Assembly (NCBI RefSeq): GCF_028641065.1
Contig: NC_073382.1
Span: 3,286,001-3,350,000 of the forward strand
Reading direction: 5' to 3'
Length of the DNA stretch: 64,000 bases
Origin: Leucoraja erinacea
Lineage: Eukaryota
Shown here: positions 13,611-25,795 of the stretch, piece after piece
How positions within the stretch are numbered: the stretch's first letter is position 1
Layout: the number at the start of each line of letters is the position of its first letter
Notes under the pieces: generated by a model
Databases searched by the model: none
Told to the model about the DNA's origin: nothing
Seen by the model: only the letters and a program-made list of their open reading frames with translations
Translations under genes and position numbers: made by a program

Positions 13611-14171
13611 ACTCACCCAGCCTATCCAAGTCACCTTGCAGTCTCCTAGCATCCTCCTCACAGCTAACACTGCCCCCAGCTTAGTATCATCCGCAAACTT
13701 GGAGATATTGCCTTCAATTCCCTCATCCAGATCATTAATATATATTGTAAATAGCTGGGGTCCCAGCACTGAGCCTTGCGGTACCCCGCTAGTCACTGCC
13801 TGCCATTGTGAAAAGGACCCGTTTACTTCTACTCTTTGCTTCCTGTTTGCCAGCCAGTTCTCTATCCACATCAATACTGAACCCCCAATGCCGTGTGCTT
13901 TAAGTTTGTATACTAATCTCTTATGTGGGACCTTGTCGAAAGCCTTCTGGAAGTCCAGATACACCACATCCACTGGTTCTCCCCTATCCACGCTACTAAG
14001 TACTCTGGGATGCAGCCTATCTGGCCCTGGGGATTTATCGGCCTTTAATCCATTCAATTTACCCAACACCACTTCCCGGCTAACCTGGATTTCACTCAAT
14101 TCTTCCAATTCCTTTGACCCGCGGTCCCCTGCTATTTCCGGCAAATTATTTATGTCTTCCTTAGTGAAGAC
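13057..14171 (-). mobile_element. CR1 LINE fragment, inverted relative to 14172-17520, with two internal deletions
   Basis: Reverse-complement match to the adjacent CR1. Deletion junctions at ~13218 and ~13998. Confidence 0.88.
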
Positions 14172-17100
14172 GGTGGCAAAAACGGAAGACATTGTTAATT
14201 CAGAAACAATGGTTCTGAACTTAAAGAAAGGTAACTTTGAGGGTATGAGACGTGAATTGGCCAAGATTGACTGGCAATTAATTCTAAAAGGGTTGACGGT
14301 GGATATGCAATAGAAGACATTTAAAGACTGCATGGATGAACTACAAAAATTGTTCATCCCAGTTTGGCAAAAGAATAAATCAGGGAAGGTAGTACATCCG
14401 TGGATAACAAGGGAAATCAGGGATAGTGTCAAAGCGAAGGATGATGCGTACAAATTAGCCAGATAAAGCAGCATGCCGGAGGACTGGGAGAAATTCACAG
14501 ACCAGCAGAGGAGGACAAAGGGCTTAATTAGGAAAGGAAAAATAGATTATGAAAGAAAACTGGCAGGGAACATAAAAACTGACTGCAAAAGTTTTTATAG
14601 ATATGTGAAAAGAAAGAGATTAGTTAAAACAAATGTAGGTCCCTTGCAGTCAGAAACAGGTGAGTTGATCATGGGGAACAAGGATATGGCGGACCAATTG
14701 AATAACTACTTTGGTTCAGTCTTCACTAAGGAAGACATAAATAATTTGCCGGAAATAGCAGGGACCCGCGGGTCAAAGGAGTTGGAGGAATTGAGTGAAA
14801 TCCAGGTTAGCCGGGAAGTGGTGTCGGGTAAATTGAATGGATTAAAGGCCGATAAATCCCCAGGGCCAGATAGGCTGCATCCCAGAGTACTTAAGGAAGT
14901 AGCTCCAGAAATAGTGGATGCATTAGTAATAATCTTTCAAAACTCTTTAGATTCTAGAGTAGTTCCTGAGGATTGGCGGGTAGCAAACGTAACCCCACTT
15001 TTTAAGAAGGGAGGGAGAGAGAAAACAGGGAATTACAGACCAGTTAGTCTAACATCGGTAGTGGGGAAACTGCTAGAGTCAGTTATTAAAGATGGGATAG
15101 CAGCACATTTGGAAAGTGGTGAAATCATTGGACAAAGTCAGCATGGATTTACGAAAGGTAAATCATGTCTGACGAATCTTATAGAATTTTTCGAGGATGT
15201 AACTAGTAGCGTGGATAGGGGAGAACCAGTGGATGTGGTGTATCTGGACTTCCGGAAGGCTTTCGACAAGGTCCCACATAAGAGATTAGTATACAAACTT
15301 AAAGCACACGGCATTGGGGGTTCAGTATTGATGTGGTTAGAGAACTGGCTGCCAAACAGGAAGCAAAGAGTAGGAGTAAACGGGTCCTTTTCACAATGGC
15401 AGGCAGTGACTAGTGGGGTACCGCAAGGCTCAGTGCTGGGACCCCAGCTATTTACAATATATATTAATGATCTGGATGAGGGAATTGAAGGCAATATCTC
15501 CAAGTTTGCGGATGACACTAAGCTGGGGGGCAGTGTTAGCTGTGAGGAGGATGCTAGGAGACTGCAAGGTGACTTGGATAGGCTGGGTGAGTGGGCAAAT
15601 GTTTGGCAGATGCAGTATAATGTGGATAAATGTGAGGTTATCCATTTTGGTGGCAAAAACAGGAAAGCAGACTATTATCTAAATGGTGGCCGATTGGGAA
15701 AAGGGGAGATGCAGCGAGACCTGCGTGTCATGGTACACCAGTCATTGAAAGTAGGCATGCAGGTGCAGCAGGCAGTGAAGAAAGCGAATGGTATGTTGGC
15801 TTTCATAGCAAAAGGATTTGATTCAGATTCAGATTCAATTTTAATTGTCATTGTCAGTGTACAGTACAGAGACAACGAAATGCATTTAGCATCTCCTTTG
15901 AAGAGCGACATAGCAAACGATTTTGAATAAAAAAAATAAATAATAAGTGTCCAGGGGGGGGGGGGGGGGGGGGGGGTGATTGGCAGTCACCGAGGTACGT
16001 TGTTTAGTAGAGTGACAGCGGCCGGAAAGAAGCTGTTCCTCGACCTGCTGGTTCGGCAACGGAGAGACCTGTAGCGCCTCCCGGATGGTAGGAGGGTAAA
16101 CAGTCCATGGTTGGGGTGAGAGCAGTCCTTGGCGATGCTGAGCGCCCTCCGCAGACAGCGCTTGCTTTGGACAGACTCAATGGAGGGGAGCGTGGGACCG
16201 GTGATGCATTGGGCAATTTTCACCACCCTCTGCAATGCCTTCCGGTCGGAGACAGAGCAGTTGCCATACCATACTGTGATGCAGTTGGTAAGGATGCTCT
16301 CGATGGTGCAGCGGTAGAAGTTCACCAGGATCTGAGGAGACAGATGGACCTTCTTCAGTCTTCTCAGGAAGAAGAGACGCTGATGAGCCTTCTTGATCAG
16401 AGTAGAGGTATTGTGGGTCCAGGAGAGGTCATCGGAGATGTTGACTCCCAGGAACCTGAAGCTAGAAACACGTTCCACCTCCGTCCCGTTAATGTGGATG
16501 GGGGTGTGCGTGCCGCCTCTGGACTTCCTGAAGTCTACAATGAGCTCCTTGGTCTTCTTGGAGTTAAGGGCCAGGTTGTTGTCAGCGTACCATGCTGCTA
16601 AGTGCTGGACCTCCTCCCTGTAGGCCAGCTCATCGTTGTTGCTGATGAGGCCAATCACCGTTGTATCATCTGCATACTTGATGATGGTGTTAGTACCATG
16701 TACAGGTGTGCAGTCATAGGTGAAGAGGGAGTAGAGGAGGGGGCTCAGCACACAGCCCTGAGGAACGCCGGTGTTCAGGGTGAGGGTTGAAGAGGTGTGC
16801 TTGTCTAACCTCACAGACTGGGGTCTGTTGGTTAGAAAGTCCAGTATCCAGTTGCAGAGGGAGGGGTCGATGCCCAGGTTACCGAGTTTGCGCCCAGGTT
16901 ACCGACTTTTGAGTATAGCAGGGAGGTTCTACTGCAGTTGTACAGGGTCTTGGTGAGACCACACCTGGAGTATTGCGTACAGTTTTGGTCTCCAAATCCG
17001 AGGAAGGACATTATTGCCATAGAGGGAGTGCAGAGAAGGTTCACCAGACTGATTCCTGGGATGTCGGGACTGTCTAATGAAGAAAGACTGGATAGACTTG

Positions 17101-17520
17101 GTTTATACTCTCTAGAATTTAGGAGATTGAGAGGGGATCTTATAGAAACTTACAAAATTCTTAAGGGGTTGGACAAGCTAGATGCAGGAAGATTGCTCCC
17201 GATGTTGGGGAAGTCCAGGACCAGGGGTCACAGCTTAAGGATAAGGGGGAAATCCTTTAAAACCGAGATGAGAAGAACTTTTTTCACACAGAGTGGTGAA
17301 TCTCTGGAACTCTCTGCCGCAGAGGGTAGTCGAGGCCAGTTCATTGGCTATATTTAAGAGGGAGTTAGATGTGGCCCTTGTGGCTAAGGGGATCAGAGGG
17401 TATGGAGAGAAGGCAGGTACGGGATACTGAGTTGGATGATCAGCCATGATCATATTGAAATGCGGTGCAGGCTCGAAGGGCCGAATGGCCTACTCCTGCA
17501 CCTAATTTCTATGTTTCTAT
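14172..17520 (+). mobile_element. CR1 (HER1-like) LINE, 5'-truncated ORF2 (RT domain) interrupted at ~15822-16906
   Basis: RT motifs KSPGPD, NYRPVSL, LDFx[18 protein letters not shown] and CR1 3' tail ttctatgtttctat. Confidence 0.92.
15822..16906 (-). mobile_element. Rex1/Babar-like (CR1-group) LINE 3' portion nested in the CR1
   Basis: ORF 15987-16814 has [14 protein letters not shown], [14 protein letters not shown]. Tail is (GAATCT)n and a possible TSD is TTTGA. Confidence 0.8.
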
Positions 17521-17769
17521 CTTGAATGAGGAAGAGGCAGGAAGGATTAGAGAAATATTTGTTTTAATCTTAGAAGTCTAGATGGTTACGCCTTTGTGTG
17601 AAAGGAATATCTGACTGGAGGAACACACATGGATCTCATTGGAAACATGAACTGCAGTAAAACATAACCATCTTGTAGGATTTATGGGTAGTGCCAAACA
17701 CAGAGTTAGGAGAGTGAAGCAACCAACTTTTAGGAAGTGGTGCCAAACATTTTGAGAACTAATACTTAC

Positions 17770-17817
17770 TTCCTAAAGTTCCAATCCACCAGATCAATTC
17801 TGTTAAGTAGGAAGTTC
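17770..17817 (-). CDS. NIPA1: NIPA1 coding exon 2 (48 bp; GTSYLTELIWWIGTLG-M)
   Basis: Bounded by ttttaatag|GA...GGAA|gtaagt. Peptide resembles NIPA1 GTSYLTDIVWWAGT, and phases fit exons 1 and 3. Confidence 0.93.
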
Positions 17818-18430
17818 CTATTAAAAGAAGAAAATGTTAACATTTTCTCAGTAAGCTACCATTGTAAAAAAGATTTTTGAAAGAAGTTATGTCACAAATT
17901 GGTTCTTGACGCAAGAATCTTTATTCGAACAACTGAACAGGACTGTCAATAACCAAGGCATAGGTTTGACCTTTGACCAAGTATGTTAACCTTAGCAACA
18001 ATAAGGTTTTTTTTGAAGGACTGATCATTAGGGGCGGCACAGTGGTGGTGGGGTTGCTGCCTTACACTGCCACAGACCTGGGTTTGATCCTGACCATGGA
18101 TCAGGCACGTGCCGTGACAAATTACTCAGGGTAGACAGTCGGGCTTTTAAAAAATCTTAAATCGCGCATGCACAGATTGTTCTCCTCTCCGTAAGCAGTT
18201 AGTCGACTTTTATAAAGTCTTCAAAAGCCATCTCTCTTAATAAGGTACCGTATTTCCCGGCAATGAAGATGCACCTGCATCGAATACGCACCCCCATTTT
18301 GAGTTGCTACATTTTGAAAGAAGGCTGGCGGGACATAGAATTTCTCACGCTCAAAAAATAAAAAATAAAAATAAAGTAACAATTCAATTTGCCCAAGGCT
18401 TCCATGTCTCCTTATTCTGAATTACTGAAT

Positions 18431-18475
<45 letters not shown>
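18431..18475. repeat. Poly-G tract (~45 nt)
   Basis: Direct observation. Confidence 0.9.
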
Positions 18476-18477
<2 letters not shown>

Positions 18478-18992
18478 GGTAGGTGGAGAGATGGTGGGAA
18501 AAACGGGGAGCACATTGGAACAAGTTGAATCAGTTGTGATCTTATTGAATGACAATACTAGTTCAAGGGACCAATTGGGGGGAGAGTTCCTTTCATAGTG
18601 TGTGGGAGTCTGGCCAGGGGTAAAGTTGCGGGGATGGCAGGAGCGTTGAGAAGCTCGTTGCCAATCAATAACCCGTGCCTGCCTTCTTCCCATATCCCTT
18701 GATAGCTCGATTGACGATCCATGTTTGAAAAACCCGCCAAGAAAATTGCGCTGCACAAGCACAGTAGGGTGCTGCTCACGCGCAGTCCACAGTGCCAAGG
18801 CAGAATTTCAGCTGCCTTCAGCTCCCCTTGTCATTGAGGGCTTGCAGCAGCGTCGACGGCACGTCTGCTGCAGAGACACGTCATTCGCGTATTACATGTA
18901 CTGCGCATGAAAGGCATGGAGAATTATGCCTACCTAAGAGATCGATCTCTTAAGTAGGCATAAATCTCCAGTGCCTTTACATTTATATTTAA

Positions 18993-19495
18993 CTAGACCA
19001 AGGTGACAAAATGAGTGAGTGGGGGGGGGGGGGGGGGGAGAAGAAGAATCAAGGCTGCTTCTATGGGTGAGAAGGCAGTTTATTTTAGAAATATTGGGGG
19101 GGGGGGGAGGGGGGGAGAAGGATTTGATTAAAAACGTGTGCATAAACACGATGAAATGTAATGAGTGGATACTTAGAAAGAAAAATGAAATCTCTACCGA
19201 AATGGAAATGATCTCGGCGATTGTGCGTCTGGATTCGGTGTGGCAAGGAATCAAAGGAAGCAAGGCAGCCGGCAGCCGTACATGTAAATGGATCCATTCC
19301 GATTGGACATCTGCGAGCATTGGGCATTCTGATTGGACATCTGCGAGTATTGGGCATTGTGACATCACACAATGGAACGAATCAAAAGGCAGAAAGGCAG
19401 CCGGACGGCAGGCGGCAGCCACAGAGTTTTATATAATAACCAGACCAAGTGCAGACCCGTTGGGTCTGTTTCCCCAACGGCGTTTGTGGGGGGGG
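18993..19495 (-). mobile_element. Helitron fragments (3' ends at 18993 and 19440) of the same family as 47329-56608
   Basis: Shares gatacttagaaagaaaa..gaaatctctaccgaaatggaaa core and the cagacccgttgggtctg hairpin. Confidence 0.7.
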
Positions 19496-20914
19496 ATTTT
19501 AGTCAGGGTAGGCAATGCCTACTTTGCCTACCCTGACGGCATGTGCTTGCCATGGGTGCTGTCAGTATGTTCTCCCTGTGACTGCGTGGGTTTTCTCTGG
19601 GTGCTCCGGTTTTGACCCACTCTCCAAAGACATGCAGGTTTGTAGGTTACTTGGCTTCTATAAAATTCTCACTGGTGAGTAGGATAGAACTTATGTACAG
19701 GTGATCGTTGGTCAGCGAGTTAGATTTGGTGAGCTGAAGGGCCTGTTTCCAGCTGAAACTCTAATTTGTCCAAATATCATTTAAAAGTCAGAATGGTATA
19801 TGTTTCTATAGCTTCCACTCGCAGCTCATTCCAGATACAAACGACTCTCAGAGTGAAAAGGTTTCCCCCGACTTTAAAAACTATTTATTTTGCATCATAT
19901 ATTCTCATGTACACCAAATCTCATTTAAATTAACAGGCTAGTTATAACCAGTTATGTGTCAGTCTGTTTTGCAATAGCAAGTCACACACTGTCTGGTGTC
20001 CTACAACCACAACTTTAGAGCAGACCATTCTGCCGTGATCGAAAAGAGCAAACGTCGTCAATTTATTGGTTTGTATATCATGTGCTTCTTTGCATCATGC
20101 AATTCATTCAAATTCCCCAATTTCAGCTTTGTTTCCTTCTTTGGTAAATTTATAGTTTCGCGACGAGCAAAGAATAACTTTTCCCAATCTACCACAAAGG
20201 AGGAACTCAGTGGGTCAGGCAGCATTTGTGGAGGGAATGGACAGGCAATGTTTCAGGTCAGGACCCTGCATTCCAGCATCTGCAGTTCCTTGCATCTCAG
20301 TTCCTTCTTAAACTCTTTTGGATGTTACCTTCAGCGCAGTACACAATCTAGATTTGTAGGAAGGAACTGCAGATGCCAGTTAACACTGAAGATAGACACA
20401 AAAAGCTGAAAACTGGAGTAATTAATCAGGGCAGGTTGCATCACTGGAGAGAAGGAATGGGTAACGTTTTAGGTAGAGACCCTTCTTCAAACCCTACAAT
20501 CTAGCCATAAAGTCATCTTGTTGAGTCTCATTATCTCATCTAAGCCACAGCTAACAATGGCCTGTTTCCTTTATCATCATTACTTTTTTGCATATCTTTT
20601 ATTCAGGCGTTCTATATTTCACTACATCACCGTCTATATCTCTCGTTTCCCTCTCCCCTGAATCTCCGACTGAAGAAGGGTCTCGACCCGAAACATCACC
20701 TATCCCTTTTCTCAGAGATGCTACCTGACCAACTGAGTTAACCCAGCTTTTTGTGTCTATCTTCGGTTTAAAGCAGCATCTGCAGTTCGTTCTTTCACAA
20801 TCACATGTATGCCTTTGGCAATTGCACATTGTCCACTAAAGAGGAAATGTTTCTTTAATTTGATGATTTTTTTTTTTTGGGGGGGGGGGGGGGGGTTGAG
20901 ATTTGTTTACACAC

Positions 20915-21029
20915 CTCTGCTCTCGGCACGAAGGATGCCTTTCCTCTGCAAAACGAAAGTGGAGCCATTGACAATGCTGGAGAGCACGGCTACAGCGAGC
21001 CCCATGGAGGCGGCTGCACTTGGCTCCAT
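20915..21029 (-). CDS. NIPA1: NIPA1 magnesium transporter, coding exon 1 ([39 protein letters not shown])
   Basis: Manual translation matches the NIPA1 N-terminal motif [22 protein letters not shown]. ATG is in a good Kozak context (aggATGg) and the GT donor is at 20914-20913. Not present in the ORF track. Confidence 0.93.
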
Positions 21030-21199
21030 CCTGGCTCAGGTACCAGTCAGTGTTCGCAGCTCGCAGTCACTCCCGCACCAACGCCGTACCGCAACGCTGC
21101 AGAACAATTCGGGTCTTTCAAATGAAAAAAAAATCAAGGCATTTAATTTCCAACTCGATGAAAATAATACTCGTAAAAAAAAATAAAAAAAATTCCACC

Positions 21200-21330
21200 G
21201 AAAACTATTAAAAGCAAAGTCCCTACTTCCGCATGCAGGACCCTTGTTCAAACATGCGCAGTCGGGAAATAAACTTGCACAAGCGCTTTCTCCACGAAAT
21301 TCCTCGCCGCCTCTGCAGTGGCGCACCCTT
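21200..21330 (-). promoter_or_regulatory. Probable NIPA1 CpG-rich promoter with ETS-like (GCGGAAGT, 21225-21232) and NRF1-like (CATGCGCA) motifs
   Basis: CpG-containing unique sequence 170-300 bp upstream of the ATG. Motif matches by eye only. Confidence 0.45.
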
Positions 21331-21473
21331 ATTGTGCTCTCCCTGCTATACTAGGCACCAAAATGCCATGTTTAAATACGCCAATAATTATTTTCCCAGG
21401 GTTACTAAATTCCCCAGACAATCATGTCTGAATTTATTTTTAAATGATCCCAAAAAAATTACAATAGGATGAC

Positions 21474-21735
21474 CCACTGTTGATAACAGAACATTACACA
21501 TTCTTTGGTACACAAAAATGCTGGAGAAACTCAGCGGGTGCAGCAGCATCTATGGAGCGAAGGAAATAGGTGACGTTTCGGGCCGAAACCCTTCTTCAGA
21601 CTGATAGGGGGTGCGGGGGGAGAAGGAAGGAAAAAGGGGTGAAAAACGATGCTCCACAGATGCTGCTGCACCCGCTGAGTTTCTCCAGCATTTTTGTGTA
21701 CCAAAGAATGTGTAATGTTCTGTTATCAACAGTGG
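21474..21735. repeat. 78 bp inverted repeat (21474-21551 / 21658-21735) from a Penelope-derived insertion
   Basis: The arms are reverse complements by eye. Confidence 0.85.
21572..21599 (-). ncRNA. Putative minimal hammerhead ribozyme core
   Basis: Minus strand: CTGAAGA-A-GGGT(TTCG)GCCC-GAAA-CG-TC. Confidence 0.6.
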
Positions 21736-22098
21736 ATTTTCCAGCATCTGCAGTTCCTTCTTGAACACATTACATCTTCTTTATCAAGTTGTAACGAATC
21801 AAGTGTTTTTTGGCTCCAGCAGGTCAATTGAAAACGTAATAATGATTGGTTTCCACAACATTTATGAACCTTTTAGGCTTATTGTCACGTGAACACAGGA
21901 AAATGGGTGGATGATGACGATGAAGATGATCTTATAGAGGTGTACAGAATCATGAGGGGAAGAGATCGGGTAGACACACAGAGTAGGGGAATCGAGAACC
22001 AGAGGACATTTAGATTTAAGGTGAGGGGGAAAAGATTTAATAGGAACCCGAGGGGTAACTTTTTCCACAGGCTGTGTACTCTGGCCCATGCTCAATTC

Positions 22099-23275
22099 TC
22101 AATAAGCGAGTTCGGTATTCTGAAAAAATGCAAGGAATCAAGGGATTTGTCAAAGGTCATTTGCCAAGAAGAAAAAGCAAACAAAGTGCTGGCTGAACAA
22201 ACTGTGTATTAATTCTTATCTTTATTCATAATTGATGTGTAAAAATATATCTAATCCGAGGAACGGGGTGCCAGGTCGCGGGAGAGCGGGGCGTAACTGC
22301 GAGAGAGAGAGAGAGTTGGCCCCGCCAGTACCGAGGGGCCAACCGACGGGGAGAGACTGGACTGGCGGAGAGACATTCTCGGCTGCAGCGAGCAGTCCAG
22401 TGCCTCATCTGCAGTCCGAATGTCGCAACCCGCCCGGGGGGGTGGTCGGAGACGTCCGGAACAACCCCTGACCGACAGGACACCGGCCCGGAGCAGCGAC
22501 ACACAGCCAGTGTGGAAAAGAAACACCAACTCTAGCCCAACCCCGCTCCAACTTCCGAAGAACCCGCTCCCCGACGGGCCGGGGGATCACCAGCCGCATC
22601 CCCCGCCTCACCCAGTGGCCGCTGACCAACCCCTCGGCGCCGGCGACAGCTGAGCCTCAGCCATCAACGGGGATACACACAAAATGCTGCAGCAACTCAG
22701 CTGAACTGGCAGCACCCCTGGAGAAAAGGAATGGGTGACGTTTTGGTCGAGACCCTTCTCCAGAGATGCTGCCTGATCAGCCGAGCCACCGCAGCAACCT
22801 GTGTGCATCCCCGCCGATGACCGGTGCTCGACCCCTGCCAGTACCGAGGGGCCAACCGACAGCCACTGGACAAGGAGAGAGCCGCAGACACCTCCAGTCA
22901 CCCCCAGACAGGGACGGGATACCCGAGAGGGGATGGGAACGGGGACTGCCCAGCAGCAACTCAACAGCGACTGGAGCGCCGGAGACCCGGGCCCGACCAC
23001 GAACCCTGACCCAACGCAGCAGCACGATCACACTTACTAACCGAAGCATAAAGCAATAAAAACGACAAAATAGTCGTAGCTTTTTACAAAGGAACAATAA
23101 ATAAAACTAATTCAGAGTTTGAAAGCAGAATTTTCTTACCCAGAAGAATTAAAGCTGGAAAATACAGATGAAATTAAGGTCTATATATACCCAGCTGCAC
23201 TGCTTCCAGCTATGTTTATGCAGAGTGACCTATGACCTGGGCATGCGCTGTCGGAATACCGAACTCGCTTATTGA
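22099..23275. mobile_element. Unclassified TIR element (22 bp perfect inverted repeats)
   Basis: TCAATAAGCGAGTTCGGTATTC (22099-22120) and its reverse complement (23254-23275). No clear TSD. Confidence 0.6.
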
Positions 23276-23610
23276 TTATTCATTTATTCTATGATCGTTG
23301 TATATTTATTTTGTGCGTTATTGTGTTAATGATCGTGTAAAACGACAGAAAGTAAGAATTGCATTGTTCCATTGCTGATACACATGCCAATTAAACACCC
23401 TTGACTCTTGAAACCAGATGTTTATTTGAATAAATAGGAATATCATTGTACCAATGGGTGCATGTGACAATAAATGTGAACTTGAACTTGAATAGAAAGG
23501 TTAAAGTTAAAGTTTATTGACATAGGCACATGTACAGCGAGGTACAGGTACAATGAAAAGTCTTGTTTGCTGCCACTCTGGCAGACAAACACACTAAAAC
23601 TAATTATATA

Positions 23611-24285
23611 CTAGACTAAGTGGGACCCGTTGGGTCCCAGCATCACATGGGAGGGCTGGTCTCCAAACGCAATATTCCACCTCTCCATCAATTCCAATAT
23701 TGGTGGGCAGTGGGGTGGGGGCGCTTTCTGGAGTGCCAGTATGGGTGTTGTGGGCTGGTTTCCAAAGGGCTAGTATGGCCATTGTAGGCTGAACGGATTC
23801 TTGGGCTGGCGGCTCAGTCACTCAATCCTGTTGTGCTGGCAGCCCACTCACTCACAGCACTTGACTCGCGGTTATTCCTTGAAATTCCATTTCAAACAGG
23901 GTGCAAGGCCACCAAATTCAAGTGCAGTTTCTTACAACTTCAAGCAGGGTGCAAGGCCACTAAAGGCAGCGAGTCGTGCCCTCTCCCTCCTCCATCTTGC
24001 ACAAACTGAGCCACGCCCACACGTCCGGGTTATATAGTCCCTCCCCCTCCCACCAGAAGGGGCGTGGCCTTCATGGCATGATTGACGGGAGAGATAATCT
24101 CAACATTTTTTAAACACTAATAACTCTTTTATTTTTCATCGATGGGAAAAATCCTCGGCACCTGATGAGCGGAGGGGGTGTCTGAGTAAGATAGCCAAAA
24201 AACACAGCCGTAAGTGGCAGCGTTTTTTTCCAAAATCAATATACAGAACAGGAAGTGGTCAAGATCAGACTTTTATTAATATAGA
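23611..24285 (-). mobile_element. Non-autonomous Helitron (~675 bp)
   Basis: Minus strand: A|TCTATATTAATAAAAG ... GGGACCC-aac-GGGTCCC acttagt CTAG|T. Confidence 0.8.
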
Positions 24286-24819
24286 TAAGTTACACATAAA
24301 TTACATAAAATTGTAAAAAAACATTAGTGCAAGAACATAATTAGAAAGAAAAACACCCATAATAGTGCAAGATGGGTCATAGTGTTCCATTGCTGAGGTA
24401 GGAGTAGGATTTTGTAGATTGGTTCAAGAACCTGATGATTGTAGGAAAGTAGCTGTTCGTATAACCTGGTGGTGGGGGACTTCTGGCTTCCGTACATCCT
24501 GTTCGATTGTTCCCATGAGAAGAAGGTATAGCTCAGATGATGCTTTTTCTTTTAGCTTTAAGAGATACAGCGTGGAAACAGGCCCTTCGGCCCACACCGA
24601 CCAACAATCACCCATACACTAGTTCTGTCCTACACATCAAGGACAACTTACAGAAGCCAATTAACCAACAAACATACTTCTGCAATGTGGAGACAACCCG
24701 GAGAAAATTCACGCAGTCATAGGGAGAATGTACAAACTCCACACAGACAACACCGGTAGTCAGGATCAAACCCTGGTCTCTGGCGCTGTAAGGCTGAAGG
24801 CAGCAACTCTACCACTGCA

Positions 24820-25095
24820 CCAGTGGGGGTCCTTGGTTATGGATGGCACCTTCTTGAGGCAGTGCCTCATGTAGATGCTTTCGATTGTGGGGAGGGCTGT
24901 GCCCATGATGGACCAGGCTGAGTTCACCACTCTCTACAGTCCCTTGCTTACCTGTGTATTGGAATTGCCATACCATGCATTGATGCCACCAGTCAGGATA
25001 CTTTCGACATGTACATCTGTAAAAGTTTGTAAGAGTATTTGGAGATATACCAAATGTCTTTAAACTTCTCACAAAATAGAGATGTCTTCTTCTTG
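24820..25095 (-). mobile_element. Degenerate Rex1-like LINE fragment
   Basis: LTNFYRCT...WYGN-like peptide remnants. Confidence 0.6.
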
Positions 25096-25179
25096 TATTA
25101 ATGGGTTTGGATGAACAAGGAACCAAGAGGCTCATAATGTGAATGAAGACTGAGATGGATCAGTTCAGGCAACTCATAA

Positions 25180-25795
25180 CAAGAGGAGTTGAGCATAGGA
25201 ACAAAGAGGTCCTTCTGTAGTTGTACAGGGCTTGTGAGACACACTTGGAGTATTGTGTGCAGTTTTAGTCTCCAAATTTGAGGAAGGACATTCTTGCTAT
25301 TGAGGGAGTGCAGCGTAGGTTCACAAGGTTAATTCACGGGATGGCCGGACTGTCATATGTTGAAAGAATGGAGTGACTGGGCTTGTTTACACTGGAATTT
25401 AGAAGGATGAGAGGGTATCTTATTGAAACATATAAGATTATTAAGGGATTGGACACGCTAGAGGCAGGAAACATGTTCCCGATGTTGGGGGAATCTAGAA
25501 CCAGGTGCCACAGTTTAAGAATATGGGGCAGGCCATTTAGAATGGAGATGAGGAAAAACCTTTTCATCCAGAGAGTTTTGAATCTGCGGATTTCTCTGCC
25601 TCATAAGGCTGTGGAGGCCGATTCTCTGGATGCTTTCAAGAGCGAGTTAGATAGAGGTCTTAAAGATAGCAGAGTCAAGGGATATGGGGAGAAGGCAGGA
25701 ATGGGGTACAGATTGTGGATGATCAGCCATGATCACAGTGAATGGCGGTGCAGGCTCGAAGGGCCGAATGGCCTACTCCTGTACCTATTGTCTGT
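25180..25795 (+). mobile_element. Degenerate CR1 3' end
   Basis: ORF2 C-terminal similarity with stops and frameshifts, plus CR1 tail. Confidence 0.85.

Larger units (their letters stand above)
18102..19549. mobile_element. hAT-like non-autonomous DNA transposon inserted in a tRNA SINE (NIPA1 intron 1)
   Basis: Imperfect 14 bp TIR (CAGGCACGTGCCGT / ACGGCATGTGCTTG) and 8 bp TSD ccatggat/ccatgggt. The SINE continues on both sides. Confidence 0.75.

Noticed and set aside
14473-15930. 485 aa RT ORF as an active or domesticated gene
   Set aside because: 5'-truncated CR1 with an upstream stop (~14311) and interrupted by another LINE.
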